This document shows positions 1 to 10,629 of a stretch of DNA of 64,000 nucleotides, in pieces. This stretch comes from Guillardia theta CCMP2712. Lineage: Eukaryota; Protista; Cryptophyta. Below the pieces are notes generated by a model. The model ran no database searches and was not told the origin of the DNA. It was given only the letters and a program-made list of their open reading frames with translations. The DNA lies in assembly GCF_000315625.1 (NCBI RefSeq), contig NW_005434568.1, positions 151,965 to 215,964 of the forward strand, in the 5' to 3' direction. Made by a program: the position numbers and the translations under genes. The number at the start of each line of letters is the position of its first letter. Within the stretch, counting starts at the first letter, position 1.

Positions 1-109
1 GATTATGTGCCTACAGTGATGGTTGACGGTGGCCGAGAGGATGCGGATCATACGGATACAGAGGCAGCGTCGTCGACCAAAACATGTCGTACCAGACGAG
101 ACTTTCGTA

Positions 110-2727
110 CATTCCATGGTATTTTCTAATGCCCAATTATAAATTTATATCCTTTTAACAAACACTTGTACCTGTTAATTTGATCATAAGCATACAGTTT
201 TTAGTCAATTTTGTACCAGAATGATTTGTACCACTCAGTACTCTTTTATATTCGTTTTAAGCATTTGAGTTCCGGCTTACACGCCTCTTGGCTGCTCTCT
301 GCCCTGTGTACCGGTATGTTTGTCTAATATGGAGGGGGTAGGGTTATTCGTATATTTCGATACACGCTCATGAAATCTTATTAGTGTCAGCCATTGACGA
401 GTGTAGTAAATCTAGCCAATAAGTATTTTTGTTTTCAAATCAAGGAGTCGTATGCCAGCTAGCAACGGCAATCTTTTTTTTCTACACCGGTTGTTTTATA
501 TGGATACCTACCCTATGTCTATAGGGTGCCACCGAAACACAGGTCCCCTTGCCCCCGATCAAAGAGCAATTAGTTTTCATTAAAAATCCTGAGATCTCCA
601 TTGCAAGTATCCCTCCCCTCCTCCTTCCATGCTCTTCTCCCTCCCTCCCTCCCCCCCTGCTCGCCTCCCTTCCTCCCTGCTCCCTCCCTCCCCCCTGCTC
701 CCCTCCCTCCCCGTTGCTTCCCTTTCCCTTGCGCTCCAGTTATAGACACCAAACAAATGAATCTTCACCGTCGTGTATCAGCAACAAATGGAATTCAGAG
801 AAGGCGAAGGCAGGAAGATTTCGATACATTCTTGGAGCAGGAAGAGACTTGTGATGAGTCAAAGACACCTGAAGATTTGAAGCTCGAATGATCCTGCATA
901 CGTCAGTTGATGATCGAGACTTGCCCAGGATGTACTGGAAAAAGCCAGGCAGTAATTTGAATATCATACTTGAGCCTGGCACAGGGGTTCAATATCAGTG
1001 TGAAGATCACAGGGGCGTTGAAGTGAATCGACTGGGCATGATCAAATCGCTGCACTCAGATGCACAGGTTGTCGAAGTGTACATCATGTACAATCGAGTC
1101 CTCTTGGAACATGTAGACGAAACCATTATAACTAATCGAGTGCCCTGTGTGGCCCTGAAAAGAATTTTGAACAAAGGTGGAAACCGTGATTGTTATCAAT
1201 CAATTTACAAGGATACGGATGAAATAAATGCTATACCAAAAATGTTTTTCTTCAGCTTTCCTTGCATGTTGGAGCATGCCAACGATGATCTCCACGATAA
1301 TTTCAGAGTGCATGGGTATATATTTTTTCATGAAGACGACATCGAAAATAATAAATACTGTGAAATCTCTCACTTCTCGATTGCAAACCCGGCACCACTC
1401 GTTGAAAAGATGGCGCAAACAACTTTCTGTTCAGTGGCGGAGTACAATCGGATTTGTCGAGATATGACCGAGGTCAAAAAGATGTTCAATCAGTGGTTGA
1501 AGTCAAAGAGTGAGACCTTTGAGAAGAATTTTTGTTTGTTGTTTTCCATTGATTTTCGTTGCTTTCGATTGCTTTACAATTTTTGTTTGTTGTTTTCCAT
1601 CGCTTTACGTGTGACATGCTCGTCACAAGCCATGTTTATGAACTCCGAAAACCTCAGCATCTTTTCGCTGCCTGTTTCACAACCTCGGAATCATCGCCGT
1701 CTTTGTCCAAACCTACATCCGCAAGATGCTCCTATTCGCTTGGGCACCCGCTTGTCTCCATGCTTCTCTTCCCCACAACTGATAAAAACATTACATTCGC
1801 AGGAATGATATTCAATGGAGACTCTACCTTATGTCTTAGCTCGCTGGTTCTGATACTGAGAAGTCCTGAGGGAAGTTCATTCACATCCGGCATTCATGGC
1901 GTTGAATAGTTCATCGATCTTACACCTGCGATCTATTTGCAATCAAGTTGCCTACACGACTGACATGCCTTATGCTTATGTGCTTGGTTGACACAGAGAG
2001 GAGGAAGTATGGGTCTTGTAGAATGCCAACCAAAACAACAATAAATTGCCTAATCAGAGAGATCCTTTACGAGAAACAATCTTGACACCAAACAACTCTA
2101 CAGTCAGAGATGTGCTCGAAGCTCAATCATACGAAAGAGGGTTGTGGATGCTTGATCACCAAAAACGAGCAATTCTCCATCTTACAATGAGCATCAAAAG
2201 GATTCGAAAACAGCCCTAGGCCCTGGAATCCATGGCGATGCTGATTCCTACAGCTTCCTTTGAAAAACAAGCTCGAGCTGTTTGAAATGTCGTCTTGCAG
2301 TATGCCGCAAAAAGTACAAACATTCACACATGATCCAACCTTGGATGGCCTGGAGCTTGAATACGATGAAAGAGCCATTGGCTGAGAGCCATCTTGGATT
2401 CAAACAAACGCCGCCTGCGCCGGCGGGTGGGGATGCAGCAATGGGGGAAGGGTAGGGCAGGCGATTTGGTTGTATATGCACCCCCCAGGCGTGTAAAAGC
2501 GTGTAAGGTCAAAAATAGTTTTAATGTTTGAAACCTTGTTGTTTGGAGGAAGCAAGAATACTTGTAAACCTAAAACTGCTCGACACGGTCCCCGATTCAA
2601 ACATACTTTCAACCATTATCGAAGTTTCTGGTACAAATTTTCGGTGCGCCGACCATTCAAAAATCCTGGGCTGAGGTACCCCGCTCGAAAATGATCAAAA
2701 GCGAGCATTAGAAAATACCATGGAATG
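110..2727. mobile_element. Putative DNA transposon (about 2.6 kb) with 23-bp perfect TIRs, nested in the copia element
   Basis: CATTCCATGGTATTTTCTAATGC (110-132) is the exact reverse complement of GCATTAGAAAATACCATGGAATG (2705-2727). A second inverted pair lies at 210-221 (TTTGTACCAGAA) and 2626-2637 (TTCTGGTACAAA). Subterminal regions are AT-rich and the flanks rejoin into one ORF. Confidence 0.8.
888..1808 (+). pseudogene. Cargo ORF of the TIR element, possibly BAH-like at the N-terminus; likely degenerate or spliced
   Basis: 306-aa ORF. LGMIKSLHSDAQVVEVYIMY...ETIITNRVPCVALKRILNK loosely resembles a BAH pattern. An upstream ATG frame (about 757-891) overlaps it, there is an internal 23-bp duplication near 1527/1578, and broken frames continue to about 2400. 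Confidence 0.35.
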
Positions 2728-3351
2728 AAGCAGAGACGGGATGCCGAAAACCGCTTCATCAACAGGCGGGCTGAAGTTGTAATGGATGATGGGAAGGTTC
2801 GAACGGGGACGATTACTCAAGTTGTCTTCAAAGATGATACATTCTTGGTGCGTGTTACGTTTGACGACAAGTACTGGATATTAATCCATCCGGACAGTGA
2901 GAACGTACGGATTTTGTCTATGGGGAAGGAAGTTACCATGATTGCTATGTCGGAGGCAGAGACATCTGAGTTGTTGCCTGGGGATGAGCTACAATCAGGA
3001 GTTTTGCCGAAGAATGTCTTCGAGTTGACTGGGTGTAACGATTATTACTTTCGAGCGTTTCCTCAAAAGGGGGATAACATCCTTTCGCAGCTGGTGGAAA
3101 AGACAGTTCGAGGAAATCCCGATGTCTTTCTTATGCACAGGAAGTCTCCTCTGTCATCTCAGCTGGTACCTGGAAAGGTGCTCAACGGCGATGGAAAAGA
3201 GGTACTGTTCGTATTGGACGAGGGTAATCGTTCGACTACTTCTCAGCACTCTGCACGATGGATACCATTGAGACGGGAACGGTGGAATGATGTGGTTCCA
3301 CTCATGGAGCCAGGGGATGACATTGTATTGATCTTGGTACAAGTGAGTTGA
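2728..3351 (+). CDS. Copia pol linker segment with Tudor/Agenet-like beta-barrel (the listed ATG at 2725 is contributed by the TIR end)
   Basis: FINRRAEVVMDDGKVRTGTITQVVFKDDTFLVRVTFDDKYWILIHPDSENVRIL matches the Tudor-like pattern (xxRRVxV...GxIT...xVxF/YDD). Confidence 0.55.
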   Translation, partial: KQRRDAENRFINRRAEVVMDDGKVRTGTITQVVFKDDTFLVRVTFDDKYWILIHPDSENVRILSMGKEVTMIAMSEAETSELLPGDELQSGVLPKNVFELTGCNDYYFRAFPQKGDNILSQLVEKTVRGNPDVFLMHRKSPLSSQLVPGKVLNGDGKEVLFVLDEGNRSTTSQHSARWIPLRRERWNDVVPLMEPGDDIVLILVQVS

Positions 3352-5114
3352 CACAATGTTTTCCAGACTCTCGTATGCTTGTCACCAACATGGCGCTAGT
3401 TGTTCCTGTATGGGAAGCTGTCAAACTCTCTGCAGCATTTCTGTCGCGAGCTCCGCCATCAGTACAAGACTCGAGTTCGACGGCAGATCCACGCAATCGA
3501 AGGGAGATGTTGTTGCACAAGGATAGAGAATTGTGGGAGGCAGCTGAACGAGCTGAGATTCAGAAGATGGAAGAAAGGCGAGTTTGGGAAGTGGTCCCGA
3601 GGTCTGATGAAACACGAGGCAACATACTTGCGAGAGCGATGTGGGTTTATTCCTCAAAGAAAGATTTACATGGCAACATTCTGAAGAGAAAAGCAAGGTT
3701 GGTTGTGATGGGCAATCTTTTACCCACGTCCGAGGAGTTGTTTGCGCCGACGACGTCGATGGATAACATTCGGTTGTTACTCAGCATAGCGGCAGGAAAT
3801 GGATGGATTATCGCCTACCGAGATATCGCGGCAGCGTTCCTATACAGTGAATTGAACGAACCGATGTTCATGATACCGCCTGACATCATGGCTTTGCCTC
3901 CGAATGTTTTGCTCAAAGTAACCAAAGCGATATATGGGACGCGAACGGCTCCGCGACGATGGTGGGAAAAGCTGTCTCGAGAATTCCTGCGTCTGGGCGC
4001 GGAACCTGTTGGCCATGATGAAATCATTTACAGATATGAACACAACGGCTCAAGAATTCTCATCACGACATGGGTGGATGATCTTCTTCTGGTATGTGAG
4101 AATCAAGAAGTCTGTAATTATTTTTTGGACTGCTTGAGCAAGGTATTCGACTTTTCTGGAAGTGAAGCTACAGGTACATTCCTGGGTATTCGTGTTCACC
4201 AAGATTTGACGAAAGGAACTATTACCTTGAGTCAGAAGCATTTTATTGAACAGCTGGTTGAGAAATTTGGAATAGCTCTTCGTTCAGTGTTTACTATCTT
4301 GCCTGGAGTGTACATGCGGAGTTATCATCTAGAGGGAGAATTGTTGGATAAGTTCTCGGTGAGACAATATCAGGCTCTTCTTGGAACAATCTTGTACGTT
4401 GCTAATGGGACAAGAGCTGACATTTCCTTCGCGGTCAGTCTCTTAAGCAGATTTGCACGGGCACCCAGAGTGCGTGACTGGGATGCATTGGTTCACTTGG
4501 CGAGGTATCTGTACACGACGAGAGATATTTGTATTGTTTACCATCAGAGAGGTGTATCTGTTAATCAGGAGGTGTTTCACAATGAACTCGTAGCTGCGAG
4601 TGATAGTGACTGGGGGACGGATGTCTTGACGCGACGAAGTCAGTCCGGATGGGCTATCGTAATGAACGGAGGAGTTATTTCATATGGTTCGAAAGCGCAG
4701 AAAGTCATATCACTTTCATCGTCAGAGGCAGAAATCTATGCGACATCGGTAGTCGCCAAGCATATCAAGATGTATCGAAGCTTACTTCAACAGTTAGGGT
4801 TTTGTCAGCAACGTCCGACGAGGCTCCTGCTGGATAATGAGCCGTGTATTCGTTTGTTGACCGAGAAACGAGCATATTCTAGACTGAAGCACATCGACTT
4901 ACGTGCTAAGTTTGCTGTTCTCATGGTGGATGAGGGAGAATTACTTCCTGTGAAAGTTCCTACTAAGTTTCAGCCTGCGGACCTGTTCACGAAAATTCTG
5001 CCGTTTACGAGGTGGAAAGCAATTGGTTCGTTTCTATTTGGAGAAGATTTCAACGCTCAAGGGGTATGCTGCAGTGATGACTCTCATCCTAATGAGAACG
5101 ATGGCATTCTGTGA
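3348..5114 (+). CDS. Ty1/copia reverse transcriptase (RVT_2) plus RNase HI
   Basis: WVYSSKKD...KRKARLVVMG, DIAAAFLYSEL, KAIYGTRTAPRRW, WVDD (YVDD variant), TRADISFAVS, SDSDWGTD..RRSQSG, SSSEAE, DN, KHIDLR, QPADLFTK. Confidence 0.97.
   Translation: MTQCFPDSRMLVTNMALVVPVWEAVKLSAAFLSRAPPSVQDSSSTADPRNRREMLLHKDRELWEAAERAEIQKMEERRVWEVVPRSDETRGNILARAMWVYSSKKDLHGNILKRKARLVVMGNLLPTSEELFAPTTSMDNIRLLLSIAAGNGWIIAYRDIAAAFLYSELNEPMFMIPPDIMALPPNVLLKVTKAIYGTRTAPRRWWEKLSREFLRLGAEPVGHDEIIYRYEHNGSRILITTWVDDLLLVCENQEVCNYFLDCLSKVFDFSGSEATGTFLGIRVHQDLTKGTITLSQKHFIEQLVEKFGIALRSVFTILPGVYMRSYHLEGELLDKFSVRQYQALLGTILYVANGTRADISFAVSLLSRFARAPRVRDWDALVHLARYLYTTRDICIVYHQRGVSVNQEVFHNELVAASDSDWGTDVLTRRSQSGWAIVMNGGVISYGSKAQKVISLSSSEAEIYATSVVAKHIKMYRSLLQQLGFCQQRPTRLLLDNEPCIRLLTEKRAYSRLKHIDLRAKFAVLMVDEGELLPVKVPTKFQPADLFTKILPFTRWKAIGSFLFGEDFNAQGVCCSDDSHPNENDGIL
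5059..5068 (+). other. Possible polypurine tract and start (TG) of the 3' LTR
   Basis: AAGGGGTA followed by TG at 5067, right after the RNase H end, which is the usual copia position. No LTR end or partner LTR is visible. Confidence 0.3.
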
Positions 5115-6298
5115 GCATCTTGACATGTAGTACGCGAAGGGTGGAGTTCATGCTGGTTGAGTGGAGTGAAGTCAGCCATGGGAGGCGCAGTTGCAGGACA
5201 TGGGGGGAAAGATTTTCTACAGAATCAACGCAGTATGATTTCTGTCGCAACTGTGTGCTGACTGTAGTTGTAGAGACTGCCTGGAGACAGCGCTTTGGGA
5301 GCAACTTTGAACTTCAGTGGGATTCATCCCAGCTTGAATACAATGGGGTTCATCGTACAGCTGGTATCAACGAGCAATCGCCTGCACCAATCTCTGATTC
5401 AGGGAGGGAGAACCTTGGAAGGAAGGTTTGATATTGAGAAGTAGAATCAGATGATTGGCATGGCGTGGTATCAAGCTTCTTCTCCCGAAGACTGTTCAAG
5501 GAACTCTAGGTCAAGTCAAGCAGGTTAGGATGTGAAGCCTCCCATCATGATCGCAAGATACAAGACCTAGAATTGAAATTGATGAAAAATCGGCCGTTGA
5601 GAAATTGAGAAATCGAAAATGAAGAGATGATTGATGGGAAAGGCAAATGAAAGAAGATCATATGGTCAATATGAGAATTGAAATGAACATGCATGCAAAT
5701 GAAATCTCAAGAGCTCTCAGGTGATATGGCGCCAAATCAATCTTTCAGCGGTTAGATAGCGATTTGTTAGAAGGGCCCGTAGAGCAGGATAGTTAGGACA
5801 AACACATTGGTCATGAATGGTGGACATCATTGGGTGGAAAATTTGGATTGAGAAAGTCAGATGGGTGACAATTGAAATCGATGGGATTTGAAGCACAATG
5901 ATGGGATGGAAGACTAGATGATCAGAAAGGTGTCTGGGGAGCCTGACTGATCAGAGGGGAAGCCTGACGAACAAGTGCAGTGCGGCACAGTCGAGTTCAG
6001 GTGGTGGAGGAGTGTTGATGGTACTGACGAGGTTTCTATGAAGGAGAGTGTGTAGGTAAAAGATGGATGGAGAAGGATCTGGGAGCCTGAGCAAGAAGCA
6101 GCTTGGAGCATGGAGGAGGAGATTGCGATTCGGGAGGATGCAGGGTGCAGCTAGCATGGAGGATGCAGGAAGCTTGATGGAGGAGATTGGGATCCAGGAA
6201 AGAGCAGGCAGCTTGGAGGAGGAGAGCGCGGTGGTGCAGCTTGGAGGAGGAGCAGGGAGATGTTTAAAAAGGGGGTTCCCGGAGGATGAAGGATGAGG

Positions 6299-6510
6299 NN
6301 NNNNNNNNNNNNNNNNNNNNNNNNNNNNNNNNNNNNNNNNNNNNNNNNNNNNNNNNNNNNNNNNNNNNNNNNNNNNNNNNNNNNNNNNNNNNNNNNNNNN
6401 NNNNNNNNNNNNNNNNNNNNNNNNNNNNNNNNNNNNNNNNNNNNNNNNNNNNNNNNNNNNNNNNNNNNNNNNNNNNNNNNNNNNNNNNNNNNNNNNNNNN
6501 NNNNNNNNNN
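6299..6510. other. Assembly gap (N run)
   Basis: 212 N. Other gaps are 12329-12428, 14002-14184, 47542-47641 and 52605-52704; three are exactly 100 N, typical unknown-size placeholders. Confidence 1.
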
Positions 6511-7011
6511 CCACTGCGCGCTGTGCAATGTACTGGGTTGCAAGGGACTGAAGGGAAGGTGACTGCTGTGAATAAAGGAAGTGTTGGTGGTGTTGTGTGG
6601 TTCTTCTGAGAGTTCTATCACCATCAGTGAAGGTGTTAGAGACTGCACAGCTGTGTATCGTTGAGGTGAATAAGGTTGGTGTAAGGATCTCAGGTGTACT
6701 GAGAATTAGTCTTTGGTGGATCTTGGGTTAAATAGATTCTGGCCAGTGAGGTGGAGGTTGATTCGATTAGTGACCGCGCATCCGGGCCATGATGAAAACT
6801 GCTGAGTGGAAGAAAGTTCCGACGAGGCTCACTGAGTCGAACTTTCGGAAAGTAGCCCGCCGGTACGTACTCACCGGCCGGGCGGTGCCTGAGGCAGACT
6901 GGCTGTGCTATCAGTCAAACTTGAAAGGTTCCCCTGCCGTCCCTCGCTTGCTTTGGGCCCCCGTGAGACACAGCAGACATCATAAGGCGCCGCTGAGAGG
7001 GCACGGCTGCC

Positions 7012-8004
7012 ATGCTGCTGCTGCGACGGTTGAGACGAGTGCCGCCATGGGTCGTGATGCTTCTCCTTGGCCTCTTCGCCATGCTGCTGCTTCAGCCCTT
7101 GGTGCTGAAGAACGACTCCAGGCTCCTCCCCGCTCCTCCTTCCAGGACCGATGTTCCTCTCGCTCCTCAGAGACGTCATGACGCCACGTGGGCGCGGCAG
7201 GCAAGACAAGCCGCAGGCAGAGGAATCGAGGGAGCAGGTGAGGAAAGGCGAGAGGGAGAGGAACTAACTGTTCTCGGTCGAGCAGGAGGCGAATGCTCGA
7301 GAGTCATCGCCCACCGGTTCAGAGCCATTCAGACCTCGTCCTACCCTACGATGGTGTCCTACGAGCGTCTTAGAAACATCCTGCTCCTCTGGTCCTCGGT
7401 CATCAGCCTTGGGATACCAGGGGACTGGATAGAGACAGGGACGTGGAAGGGAGGATGCAGCATGCTGGCAGCAGACATCCTTCGCTTCGCCCTGCGCCAG
7501 CCTCAGTGTCCTCAGGTCAGGGCCAGGACGATCTGGCTCGCCGATACCTTCGAGGGGCTCCCTCCTCCTCGCAAGGAAGACAAAGGCAAAGACAGCGGGG
7601 GGCGCGTCATGGACCCGCCGGGGAGCTACGGAGGGTACGGGGGGGTCGAGACGGTGAAGAGCAAGTTTCGGGAGAGAGGATACAGGATCAAGGAGGACGG
7701 CCAAGTTGCCTCCAGCCAGGGGTTTTCCATCCGATTTCTCGTCGGGCGGTTCAAGGACACGCTGCCGGGTGCCAACATCTCCAGCATCGCCGTGCTGCGG
7801 CTAGATGGCGACATGTACAGCTCGACCATGGACGCGCTGACGACGCTGTACCCCAAGGTAGTCAAGAAGGGGTACGTGATCATCGATGACTACGGTCACT
7901 GGATTCAGTGCAAACGGGCTATCGACGAATACTTCATCTCTAACAACCTGACTTACCCCCTGCATACCATCGACTACACTGGAAGATGGTTCTTGAAGGC
8001 GTAA
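7012..8004 (+). CDS. TylF/MycF (macrocin O-methyltransferase) family SAM-dependent methyltransferase with N-terminal signal anchor; probable in-frame intron 7238-7285
   Basis: GIPGDWIETGTWKGG, IWLADTFEGLP, GRFKDTLP, IAVLRLDGDMYSST..L..LYPKV..GYVIIDDYG. Hydrophobic N-terminus VVMLLLGLFAMLLL. 48-nt GTGAGG...CTAAC...CAG intron. Confidence 0.92.
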   Translation: MLLLRRLRRVPPWVVMLLLGLFAMLLLQPLVLKNDSRLLPAPPSRTDVPLAPQRRHDATWARQARQAAGRGIEGAGEERREGEELTVLGRAGGECSRVIAHRFRAIQTSSYPTMVSYERLRNILLLWSSVISLGIPGDWIETGTWKGGCSMLAADILRFALRQPQCPQVRARTIWLADTFEGLPPPRKEDKGKDSGGRVMDPPGSYGGYGGVETVKSKFRERGYRIKEDGQVASSQGFSIRFLVGRFKDTLPGANISSIAVLRLDGDMYSSTMDALTTLYPKVVKKGYVIIDDYGHWIQCKRAIDEYFISNNLTYPLHTIDYTGRWFLKA

Positions 8005-8484
8005 AGCGTGTTCGTTGCTGTTAGATGGACCGGTGAGAGGGACGGGGAGTAGGAGAGAAGTAGAGGAGAGAGGAGAGAGGAGAGAGGAGAGAGGAGAGAG
8101 GAGAGGATGAGCCGGGAGAGGAAGGAGGTAGATAGAGGAAGGAATACATGCAAGTACTTGCTTCCTCCGTTACTGTCATCGTGAATGGAACCATTCAGTG
8201 CTACCCTTGTTCCTGTCAAAAACCTGTCATCCTGTTCTGCTGTGTTGCTCACAGTGCCAGACAGTGCCCTGGTGTACTAAAAATCTCAAGGCAGCATATG
8301 AGAGGTTGTGACGCGAAGGTCACGAAGTCTGTTCGCAAAAATGTGATTGTTCATTCAATGTGTTACATAAAGTGGAGAGACGTTGTGACTTGAATCGTGA
8401 CAGAGGAAAGAGGAGGAGGCCCAGGATCAGGAGGAGGAGAACTGAGGAGGAGGAGGAGGAAAAGTGCACGCTGGTTCGTCCAGC

Positions 8485-9816
8485 TCACATCAGAAAGCCG
8501 CGGTACGCGTAGCTGTCGGCATGATCGAAGCTGAAACCTACCATGATGCCCCCAAGGAACATTGCGGGGACAGCGACCATGGACTTGACGGAGAGAAGGG
8601 CGACGCCGGAGAGGCCATGGCCGCTAGTGCAGCCGGAGGCGATCCTGCTGCCGAAGATGGCGAGGAAGCCGCCGAAGAAAGCCTGCACGGGGGTGACCCC
8701 AGCTGGCTTTCCGAAGGTGCCCGAGGCCTTGGAGGAGATAAGTGCGCCGATGATTGCGAAGGTAAGGTAGACAGGCTGCCAGACGTTGCCGAGGCCAGTC
8801 CTGAAGCCGCTCCAGTGAAGGAATCGCTCACGCAGAGACTTAGAGACGAGGGCCTGGGAGGTGCAGGTCATGTAGGCGGAGCTACTTCCCAGGGTGTCGT
8901 TGAGGAAGAGGACAGCAAGGATCTGGTTCAGGCCGATGAAGACGCCCATCATCTCCGGCGGGAGAGCGCTCTCCCATGCCTCCGTCCAGGGCGGCAGCTC
9001 GGACTTGCTGGCCCAGGGGAAGACAATCTCGAGGACGATCACGACGACAGCGACCATGACGAAGACAGCGAGCGCCAGCTGCGTGTAGCTGAAGCGCCGG
9101 AGCGCCGAGAACTCCTCGAGGCGGAGGGTCTTGATCTGAGCGACGGAGAAGAGAGGAACGAACCATGGCTGCACCATGCCGTAGCACATGGCGGCACTCA
9201 GACCCCCCAGGAGGGTCACCCACGCGTTGGGCACGCCGGACCCGATTTGCACGAGGACCATGCCAGGGCACGAGCCAGCCAGCGCCATGCCGCATCCAAG
9301 GATGAAGGCTCCCAGAGCAGTGGCGGCGAGCCCCTTGCCCACCACACAGCCCATGAACTCCGTCCTGGCTGACTGGAGCTGGTCGGGAGTAACGCGGGAG
9401 AGGATGGCCAGGAAGAGAGCAGACGCTCCCGAAGCGCCCAGGAACATTTTGAGCATGATGAACCTTCGAAAGATGAACTGCTCTCGGATCACTATGGGAA
9501 GAGTCACTTTCCCCAGCTCCATCGCAATGCCGAAGATCAGCCCCATGATGGCCGAAGCTATCATCGCGTTCGTCCACTTCCAACTGGACGGCTCTTTCAC
9601 AGACATCTCGTGCTGCGAGCCTGCCTCCAGGTCCTTGTTGGTTGGGTCGCTGGTCGTAACGACCGCAACAAACGAGTCTGGTTTCGGGTTGAAGTACTGT
9701 TGCTGATTGTTGGATTCCAGAAGGTCCGAGGACGAGGCATTGGAGCCTGGGGAGGAGATATGCGAAAGTCTGGAGAGGGGGTGCAAGGGGCTGGTCGACA
9801 TGCTTTGTTGGAGCAA
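8485..9816 (-). CDS. YeeE/YedE (Sulf_transp) family thiosulfate/sulfur-compound transporter, intronless
   Basis: About 9 hydrophobic helices with two Cys motifs, GMALAGSCPG and GSRIASGCTSGHG. Exact start codon uncertain. Confidence 0.9.
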   Translation of the reverse strand: MLQQSMSTSPLHPLSRLSHISSPGSNASSSDLLESNNQQQYFNPKPDSFVAVVTTSDPTNKDLEAGSQHEMSVKEPSSWKWTNAMIASAIMGLIFGIAMELGKVTLPIVIREQFIFRRFIMLKMFLGASGASALFLAILSRVTPDQLQSARTEFMGCVVGKGLAATALGAFILGCGMALAGSCPGMVLVQIGSGVPNAWVTLLGGLSAAMCYGMVQPWFVPLFSVAQIKTLRLEEFSALRRFSYTQLALAVFVMVAVVVIVLEIVFPWASKSELPPWTEAWESALPPEMMGVFIGLNQILAVLFLNDTLGSSSAYMTCTSQALVSKSLRERFLHWSGFRTGLGNVWQPVYLTFAIIGALISSKASGTFGKPAGVTPVQAFFGGFLAIFGSRIASGCTSGHGLSGVALLSVKSMVAVPAMFLGGIMVGFSFDHADSYAYRGFLM

Positions 9817-10629
9817 AGGCTCGGATCAGATCTGAGATGCGGTCTGGAGGAGATTCGGAGCAGGAGCAGGATGCGGATGAGGAGGATCAAGACCAGGAAC
9901 AGAAGGAGGAGGAGGAGGAGGAGGAGGAGGAGGAGGAGGAGGAGGTAGCTCCTTTATACAGTGGTGCAAGGGTATCTAGGGTGGATGGGTTAAGGAGTAG
10001 GGTGGGGTAATATTAATACCGGTTGTATAACAGTGAAATTGGGGGGTGAAATGTGGAACACAAGGTCCATGGACGGTGGACGTTTCAAGGTACCGTGGGG
10101 TAGTATCAATCCATGATCACAGTGTCACCTACCCAATGATACTGGTACCCTACCATGGCATGAAGTACCCCACAATATTTACTTTAAAGGACCGGTATTT
10201 TGATACCTAGATATCACCACCACCCTGCATGCTTGAGTCTTACGTCTACAAAAAAAAAAGTCCTCCGTTCTCGGAATTCTCGTTGGTATTTCAAGGGTGG
10301 GGGTAGTAAATGAAACTCAAGAAGTGGGTGGGGGGTGAATTCTTGGATCAAAAAGGTGGGTATTTGTTGGAGAAGAAGGGGGTTAAATTGTGCATAAATT
10401 GTACGTGATTGCGGTAACCAGGGGTGTGCTGGATATTTGAGGGGTAGGGGGTGGTTATGCTCCATGGTTTTTGCTGGCCAAATAATAAACCCCCCGCAGA
10501 ACGCTCAAAAGATAGGGTGGTGAGGGATGACTGAACAAGCTCACCTCAGATAAATGAAAGAGATACTGAAAAGACAGCAACTTCAGCTTAGAAAGATCAT
10601 ATAGGGACATAATGCAGTGTTGTTGTCAA

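Larger units (their letters stand above)
1..5114 (+). mobile_element. Ty1/copia LTR-retrotransposon pol region (continues off the left edge), interrupted by a TIR element at 110-2727 and carrying a frame break near 3348
   Basis: Bases 1-108 are open in frame (DYVPTVMVDGG...RTRRDFR) and join in frame to 2728 (KQRRDAENRF...) once 109-2727 is removed. RT and RNase H motifs follow in 3348-5114. Confidence 0.85.

Noticed and set aside
2725-2727. ATG start of a stand-alone 208-aa gene
   Set aside because: The ATG is the last 3 nt of the right TIR; the frame originally continued from bases 1-108.
3337-3435. Intron joining the Tudor ORF to RT
   Set aside because: The GT-AG pairs I tested (24, 30, 57, 93, 99 nt) are multiples of 3 and cannot fix the -1 offset. 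No slippery heptamer is seen, so a mutation is more likely.
5115-6770. 3' LTR or second retroelement; similar unassigned tract at 12430-13200
   Set aside because: No LTR end, partner repeat or protein motif is identifiable, so it is left unassigned.
8464-9372. 302-aa plus-strand ORF
   Set aside because: Antisense shadow of the GC3-rich YeeE CDS.
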